DNA from: Gemmatimonadaceae bacterium
GTDB lineage: Bacteria; Gemmatimonadota; Gemmatimonadetes; Gemmatimonadales; Gemmatimonadaceae
Length of the DNA stretch: 64,000 nucleotides
Reading direction: 5' to 3'
NCBI GenBank assembly: GCA_045803545.1
Contig: JBJMOW010000005.1
Span: forward strand, 64,001-128,000
Shown here: positions 60,201 through 64,000 of the stretch, in pieces
Layout: each line of letters opens with the position of its first letter
How positions within the stretch are numbered: position 1 is the first letter of the stretch
Notes under the pieces: model-generated
The model's input: the letters and a program-made list of their open reading frames with translations, nothing else
Database searches by the model: none
What the model was told of the DNA's origin: nothing
Program-made: the position numbers and the translations under genes

Positions 60201-60413
60201 GCCGAAGCAAGACGTCCTTTGGGCGTGGCGGTGGTCGGAGGCCTCGCGTTCTCACAGCTGGTGACGCTGTACGCGACACCGGTGTTCTATACGTACTTCG
60301 ACGAGTTGCCCGAGAGAATGCGGTACTGGACTCGTCGTTTGTACGCGAAGGCGAGAGGACAGCCAACGCCGACGATTGGGCCGAGGGAACAACCAACATC
60401 TCGAGTCGCGTAA
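57282..60413 (+). CDS. RND efflux permease (MdtB/MdtC/MuxB-like)
   Basis: FIRRPV, PGASPE, VVDDAIV, VKKNAIMM and RFRPIMMTT motifs; 1043 aa. Confidence 0.96.
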   Translation: MTALFIRRPVMTALVMIGILFFGTVAYRRLPVSDLPTVDFPTISVGANLPGASPETMAAAVATPLEKQFSTIAGIDNMTSSSQLGSTNVTIQFSLDRDIDAAAADVQAAISQTLRSLPLGILPPSYRKVNPADSPILYFALTSKTMPLSDLDEYGETYLAQRISMVPGIAQVQVYGAQKYAVRVQLDPTSLANRGIGIDEVATAIGAQNVSLPTGTLWGPSKASTIKANGQLQNATEFRQMVVAYRNGAPVHLSELGQVLDDVENNKTASWFNGDRAIVLAVQRQPGTNTVAVAQGVKDLVKRLEPQIPPTVQIQTLYDRSVAIEESVGDVKFTLMLTLFLVIMVIFVFLRNISATIIPSLALPMSLIGTFAVMYLFGYSLDNLSLMALTLAVGFVVDDAIVMLENIVRHMEMGKDPMKAAYEGSAEVAFTILAMTMSLTAVFIPLLFMGGILGRLFHEFSVTIGTAILVSGFVSLTLTPMLASRFLKPPSHQHGKLFNASERVYERILGKYESSLNWVMDHRFGSLMFSLAVLVGTVVLFKTVPTGFIPTQDNGQIIATTEAAQGTSFQEMMKKQQIAANIVAQNPNISGFMSSVGGGFGASNNQGRLFLGLKPRKDRPSADEIVNDLRPKLSGIPGLNVYMQVPPAIQIGGRSAKSQYQYTLQSPDIEALDTAAKRLEARMRGIPQIQDVTSDLQIANPQVVVAIDRDRASSLGVNAQQIESALYNAYGSRQVSTIYTPNNQYMVVMELLPQFQQDINALRMLYVRSDKGDLVPLSAVATLTQNVGPLAITHSGQLPSVTISFNTKPDVALGQATAAVEAAASQVVPGDITTQFSGTAQAFQASQQGLLALLILAVFVIYMVLGILYESFIHPATILTGLPFAAFGALIALWIFRMPLDVYGFVGLILLVGIVKKNAIMMIDFALEAERTEHMPPSKAIVHAASVRFRPIMMTTMAALMATLPIALGRGAGAEARRPLGVAVVGGLAFSQLVTLYATPVFYTYFDELPERMRYWTRRLYAKARGQPTPTIGPREQPTSRVA

Positions 60414-60436
60414 AACTGCGGAAAAAGAGCCAACAA

Positions 60437-60519
60437 TACCCGGGACGAGACTCGAACTCGTAAGGCCAAAGGCCGGGGGATTTTGAGTCCCCTGCGTCTA
60501 CCGATTCCGCCACCCGGGC
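60437..60519 (-). tRNA. tRNA-Leu(CAA), CCA not encoded
   Basis: GCCCGGG/CCCGGGT acceptor stem, D-loop GGAATCGGTAGAC, anticodon arm GGGGA-CTCAAAA-TCCCC, variable arm GGCCTTTGGCC and T-loop GTTCGAGT. Confidence 0.96.
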
Positions 60520-60534
60520 TCGGGGAAAAACAAT

Positions 60535-61137
60535 CTAGCGCTTGCGCCTCCGCCGTAGAATGACCCAGACGGCGACTCCCAGCGCTACTACAATCAGAAT
60601 TCCCAAGCTGACCCTCGAGATGTAGTGCTCCAATAGCGGCAAATCCCTGCCGAAATAGTAGCCTAGCCACCCGAATACGATCGCCCAAAGGATGCTGCCG
60701 AGCGTGTTGTAAGCGACGAATCGCTTGAACGACATGCGGGCGGCTCCAGCGATCACCGCCGCCCATGTCCTTAACACCGCCACGAACCGGCCGAACAGAA
60801 TGGCCTTCGCGCCGTTCCGCTCGAAAAAACCGTGCGCCTTCTCGATGTGCTTTTTGCGGACGCCGATGTAGCCGCCGTAGCGCGTGAGAAGCGGCAGGCC
60901 GCCTTTGATGCCGATCAAGTATCCGAGCACTCCGCCGATCGTCGCGCCGAGCGCGGCCATCAGAATCACACCTGAGACGGAGACGTTGTGCGCGATCCCT
61001 GCATACGCTGCGGCCGTTACCAGCGCGATCTCGCCCGGCAGCGGAATGCCGAGGCTCTCGAGCATCACCAGCGACAGCACACCCGGATAGGTATAGGTGT
61101 GCAGCAGGTGCGTGAAGTGACGAGTGAAATCCGGCAT
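60535..61137 (-). CDS. dedA: DedA family membrane protein
   Basis: ESLGIPLPGE, GRFVAVLR and AGAARM motifs. Confidence 0.93.
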   Translation of the reverse strand: MPDFTRHFTHLLHTYTYPGVLSLVMLESLGIPLPGEIALVTAAAYAGIAHNVSVSGVILMAALGATIGGVLGYLIGIKGGLPLLTRYGGYIGVRKKHIEKAHGFFERNGAKAILFGRFVAVLRTWAAVIAGAARMSFKRFVAYNTLGSILWAIVFGWLGYYFGRDLPLLEHYISRVSLGILIVVALGVAVWVILRRRRKR

Positions 61138-61152
61138 CGTTGACGTGAACGC

Positions 61153-61188
61153 AATAAAAACGCCCTCGACCGTCGAGTCGAGGGCGTT
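61153..61188 (-). terminator. Rho-independent terminator after the ECF sigma module
   Basis: 12-bp stem AACGCCCTCGAC/GTCGAGGGCGTT followed by a T-run (TTTTTATT) on the minus strand. Confidence 0.8.
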
Positions 61189-61208
61189 GTGTGCTCACCG
61201 CGAGCGCT

Positions 61209-61739
61209 TTAAGGAACCTTCTTCAGACCCTGACTGCGCTTGAATGCTGGATCCTGGTTCCTGATTGCGTTCTGCTTCACCATCTCCTGCGCGCGGCGAC
61301 GAAACTCCGTTTGCAGTGCGAAGTACTGCGCGCGCTGCACCGGCGTCATGAAGCGGGCGAGGTCGCGTTGCTCCGACTCGACTAACGTGACGCGCTGTTT
61401 CTGAAGGCCGATGGTTTGATCGATCAGCGTGCTCACATGCTGCTGATTGGGTGTCGCCGACGTTAGCTCCATCCGCAATTGCTTACGGGTTTCGCGCTCG
61501 TTGGCGAGCAGTTGGGTGAGCTGCGGCGCGAAACGCGAGTTCGACTGCTCGAGTTGAGACATCTGCGAATCGGTGAGACCCAGCCTTTGCTGCGTGACAG
61601 CCGCCATTCGCTGGCGCAGCTGCCGCTCCAGTGCCGGCCGTTGTGCATTGGCGCGCACGGGCTGCGCGGCAACAGCGACGGCGCTGACGAACAACAATGC
61701 GAACAGGAATCCAATCGACCGTTTCACGCGATTAATCAT
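61209..61739 (-). CDS. Exported Spy/CpxP/ZraP-like helical protein
   Basis: Signal peptide, Gln-rich helices and two LTxxQ-type motifs (LGLTDSQ, FMTPVQ). Confidence 0.75.
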   Translation of the reverse strand: MINRVKRSIGFLFALLFVSAVAVAAQPVRANAQRPALERQLRQRMAAVTQQRLGLTDSQMSQLEQSNSRFAPQLTQLLANERETRKQLRMELTSATPNQQHVSTLIDQTIGLQKQRVTLVESEQRDLARFMTPVQRAQYFALQTEFRRRAQEMVKQNAIRNQDPAFKRSQGLKKVP

Positions 61740-61741
61740 GT

Positions 61742-62320
61742 TCAGCGACCTTCAGTCATGTCTACAGCGAACACAGGTTCGGGCTCGGAATTCGGCAGCG
61801 CATCGAAAGTCTCGATCTCGTCCATCAGCTGTTGAAGATTGCCGTCGGAGAGTTCCTGAGTATCTCCGACCAACGCCAACGCGGGCGTATGTGCGGCTGG
61901 CTCTGTCGTCGCGGAAGCTGGAGGCGCCACGTCATAAGAAGTGATCTCGCCCGGGCGACCAGTAACACCTGCGATGGGAGACTGCTCAGACTGACGAGTC
62001 TTCAGCAGAGTGCCGCCGCCGACGAGCAACACCGCAATCGTCGCCGCCACCAGCCACTCGAGCATACGAGTGCGCGTGGGTGCCTGCTTTGCCGGCACCG
62101 GCATTCTGTACGGTGGGATCTGACGAACGATGCTCTGGGCATCGATCGAAGGCGCAAACACCGCGGCGCTCTTCACCGTGCGGATGATATCCAGATCTTC
62201 GCGGCAGCTCTCGCAACCGGCGAGATGCGTTTCAACCGACTGACGAACGGCAGCTGCCAGCTTGTCGTGCTCCAGCTCTGGAAGCAGATCCTGAATCTCG
62301 CTATTCGTGCACTTATTCAT
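61742..62320 (-). CDS. Zinc-finger (zf-HC2) anti-sigma factor
   Basis: HLAGCESC HxxxCxxC motif and one TM segment; overlaps the sigma gene end. Confidence 0.88.
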   Translation of the reverse strand: MNKCTNSEIQDLLPELEHDKLAAAVRQSVETHLAGCESCREDLDIIRTVKSAAVFAPSIDAQSIVRQIPPYRMPVPAKQAPTRTRMLEWLVAATIAVLLVGGGTLLKTRQSEQSPIAGVTGRPGEITSYDVAPPASATTEPAAHTPALALVGDTQELSDGNLQQLMDEIETFDALPNSEPEPVFAVDMTEGR

Positions 62321-62870
62321 TTTTCAACAACTCCTTTACCTTCTGGATCGCATTGTGGTAATGAACCCGGGCTGCGCCTTCGGTGCTGCCAACCACTTCT
62401 GCGATCTCCTTATATGACAAACCCTGCTGCACCCGCAGGGTGAAAACTTCGCGCTGGGTCGGAGAGAGCGCCGCCAAAGATCGCCGCACCCGCTCCTGCG
62501 TCTCCTCGGCGATCAGTGAGTCCAACGCGCCATACTCGCTCACATTGTCGGATTCTTCGACGGGGACCGTTTCCCTGCTCCTCCTTTCTGCCCTTCGCCG
62601 ATCGAGCATTAGTCTGCGCTCGATCGTGAAAAGCCAGGTTCTCAACGTGCTCTCGCCCCGAAACGAGTCGAGCGAAGCGAAAGCCCGAACGAACGTATCC
62701 TGCACCAGCTCCTCGATCCCCTCGCGCTCACCCGAGCTGGCGGCAAATCGCGCCAGCGCCTGTGAATGCCGCCCTACGAGACGCGTCGCTGCGCGGGATT
62801 CCCCACGCTTCCAGCGTTCGATCAGCTCCATATCGGTCTCCTCAGGGCGTTCTTCGGGGCCTGGAATCAT
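62313..62870 (-). CDS. ECF-type RNA polymerase sigma factor
   Basis: Region 2 (ELVQDTFVRA, TWLFTI) and region 4 (LSPTQREVF, SYKEIAE). Confidence 0.95.
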   Translation of the reverse strand: MIPGPEERPEETDMELIERWKRGESRAATRLVGRHSQALARFAASSGEREGIEELVQDTFVRAFASLDSFRGESTLRTWLFTIERRLMLDRRRAERRSRETVPVEESDNVSEYGALDSLIAEETQERVRRSLAALSPTQREVFTLRVQQGLSYKEIAEVVGSTEGAARVHYHNAIQKVKELLKNE

Positions 62871-62884
62871 GGAGCCTCATCAGG

Positions 62885-62910
62885 TAGACGCCCGAGGGAT
62901 GACGTTGTTA
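62885..62910 (-). promoter_or_regulatory. Putative autoregulatory ECF promoter
   Basis: Minus strand TAAC-N16-CGTCTA matches the general ECF AAC-N16/17-CGT consensus, 14 nt upstream of the sigma ATG. Confidence 0.55.
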
Positions 62911-62917
62911 AGACAGA

Positions 62918-62946
62918 TTGACCCGGCAGTATCACATTCATAGCTT
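62918..62946 (+). promoter_or_regulatory. Putative sigma70 promoter for the GDPD-amidohydrolase unit
   Basis: TTGACC-N17-TAGCTT. Confidence 0.6.
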
Positions 62947-62955
62947 CGCGCTCAC

Positions 62956-62997
62956 ATGCCCAAAGCTACTACCCCAAGGCCTGCCTGCGGCCAATGA
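62956..62997 (+). other. Candidate 13-codon upstream ORF (MPKATTPRPACGQ)
   Basis: ATG 9 nt after the -10 box; its TGA overlaps the GDPD ATG (ATGA). Confidence 0.35.
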
Positions 62998-63689
62998 CCC
63001 GGAATTTCCCCGAGAAAATCTCCCATCGCGGAGCACATCAAACGCTGCCCGAGAATTCGATCCCGGCGTTTCTCCGCGCGATCGAGCTTGGCGCCGATGC
63101 CATCGAACTCGATGTACACGCTACACACGATGGCGCCCTGGTGGTCCATCACGATGATGGCGTCAATGCGCCCGGCGAACCGCGACGTCGAATCGCGGAA
63201 ACACCCTTAGCCGAGCTAAGACATTACAAGCTCGCCAACGAAATCGACATTCCGACACTCGGGGAGGTTTTATCTGCGGTCGATGAGAGCGCCTTTGTTT
63301 ACGTCGAAATAAAAGCTCCGAATATCGAGCCGCTGGTTACGCGAGCGATTCGCGAGTCCAATACGCGATGTGCGGTTCATTCGTTCGATCACCGAATTGT
63401 AAACACGGTGAAAACGATATTGCCCGCGATACGCACCGGTGTTTTGGAAGTGTCTCGGCATGTTGATCCCGCCGTTTCTTTGCAAACGAGTGGCGCTCAG
63501 GATCTCTGGCAGGAAGTGAGTTTTATCGACGAGGACCTCGTCGCGCGCGTTCACGCCATCAACGCACGCGTGATCGCCTGGACAGCGAACGATGCCGATC
63601 AGTGGGAAACCCTAAGAAGAATCGGCGTCGACGGCATCTGCACCGATCGCATCGCAGAGCTCGGCGCAATCAACTGGGAAGTGCGCTAG
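62994..63689 (+). CDS. Glycerophosphodiester phosphodiesterase
   Basis: SHRG, PENS, IELDV, VEIK, HSFD, AWT and GVDGICTD motifs. Confidence 0.94.
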   Translation: MTRNFPEKISHRGAHQTLPENSIPAFLRAIELGADAIELDVHATHDGALVVHHDDGVNAPGEPRRRIAETPLAELRHYKLANEIDIPTLGEVLSAVDESAFVYVEIKAPNIEPLVTRAIRESNTRCAVHSFDHRIVNTVKTILPAIRTGVLEVSRHVDPAVSLQTSGAQDLWQEVSFIDEDLVARVHAINARVIAWTANDADQWETLRRIGVDGICTDRIAELGAINWEVR

Positions 63690-63731
63690 TTTATTGCGTC
63701 CTTTCAGCCCGTTCGGAGGAACCGGCCCACA

Positions 63732-64000
63732 ATGAAAGCATTGTTTTATCTCCTGCTCACAGGTGCAGTAGCCTGTGCATCTGCGTCCACCCACCCGACA
63801 ACTTCAACGACAGCCGCTCGCGACAGCGCGAAGAGCGACGTCGGACTTGGCGCCACTTCGGTGCCGAACGCTGATCCCTTCCCAAGCACCTACGTTCCCT
63901 TTCCGTCGCGCACAACCGTCATACGAAACGTCAACATTCTGACGGCAGCGGGTCCGCTGATAAGAAACGGCGCGATCCTCATCCAGAACGGAAAAGTGGC
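63732..64000 (+). CDS. Partial exported lipoprotein, probable amidohydrolase family
   Basis: GGAGG SD upstream; MKALFYLLLTGAVAC lipobox, then TTVIRNVNILT..IRNGAILIQNGKV, typical of the amidohydrolase N-terminal beta-sandwich. Runs off the window edge. Confidence 0.7.
   Translation, partial: MKALFYLLLTGAVACASASTHPTTSTTAARDSAKSDVGLGATSVPNADPFPSTYVPFPSRTTVIRNVNILTAAGPLIRNGAILIQNGKV

Noticed and set aside
54600..60520. RND efflux operon beside the tRNA-Leu 3' end as a possible genomic island
   Set aside because: No integrase, no duplicated tRNA 3' end (att) seen, and composition looks like the flanks.

Overview
A roughly 60% GC bacterial chromosome segment that is almost entirely core housekeeping genes. 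Gene content, gene order and protein style suggest Gemmatimonadota (Gemmatimonadaceae-like); this is inference, no search was run. Minus strand, 1-27.4 kb: nuoA-N (complex I), phosphohexomutase, a short UPF0182 protein, carbamate kinase, sucCD, ndk, yceD-rpmF-plsX-fabH-fabD-fabG-acpP-fabF and the start of mqnE. Plus strand, 27.6-28.6 kb: dcd and an orphan hydrophilic ORF behind a sigma54-like promoter. Minus strand, 28.8-54.6 kb: icd, pepA, a plug+beta-barrel outer-membrane protein, yicC-gmk-rpoZ-coaBC-udg-dnaB-radA-ispD-tsaC-(YwlE-like phosphatase)-aroE-comF-gap-pgk-tpiA-secG-carA, an HU/IHF gene, moaDEA, mdh and sdhCAB. The rest holds a TolC-MFP-RND efflux operon (+), tRNA-Leu(CAA), dedA, an ECF sigma/anti-sigma/Spy-CpxP-like module (-), a glycerophosphodiesterase and a partial amidohydrolase (+). 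I saw no transposase, integrase, prophage, CRISPR array or defence system, and I cannot support a large novel multi-gene system here. The most interesting signals are small-scale: (1) coaBC has no ATG/GTG/TTG at its conserved N-terminus (GCG sits behind the SD), and the outer-membrane protein gene seems to start at CTG; (2) dispersed 90-170 nt imperfect hairpins built from degenerate 7-mers, two of which intrude in frame into coding sequence; (3) a Rex/CRP-type operator at the head of a ~21 kb nuo-to-ndk gene run; (4) an orphan carbamate kinase plus carA without carB; (5) a sigma54-driven orphan protein; (6) a 13-codon leader ORF coupled to the glycerophosphodiesterase gene.
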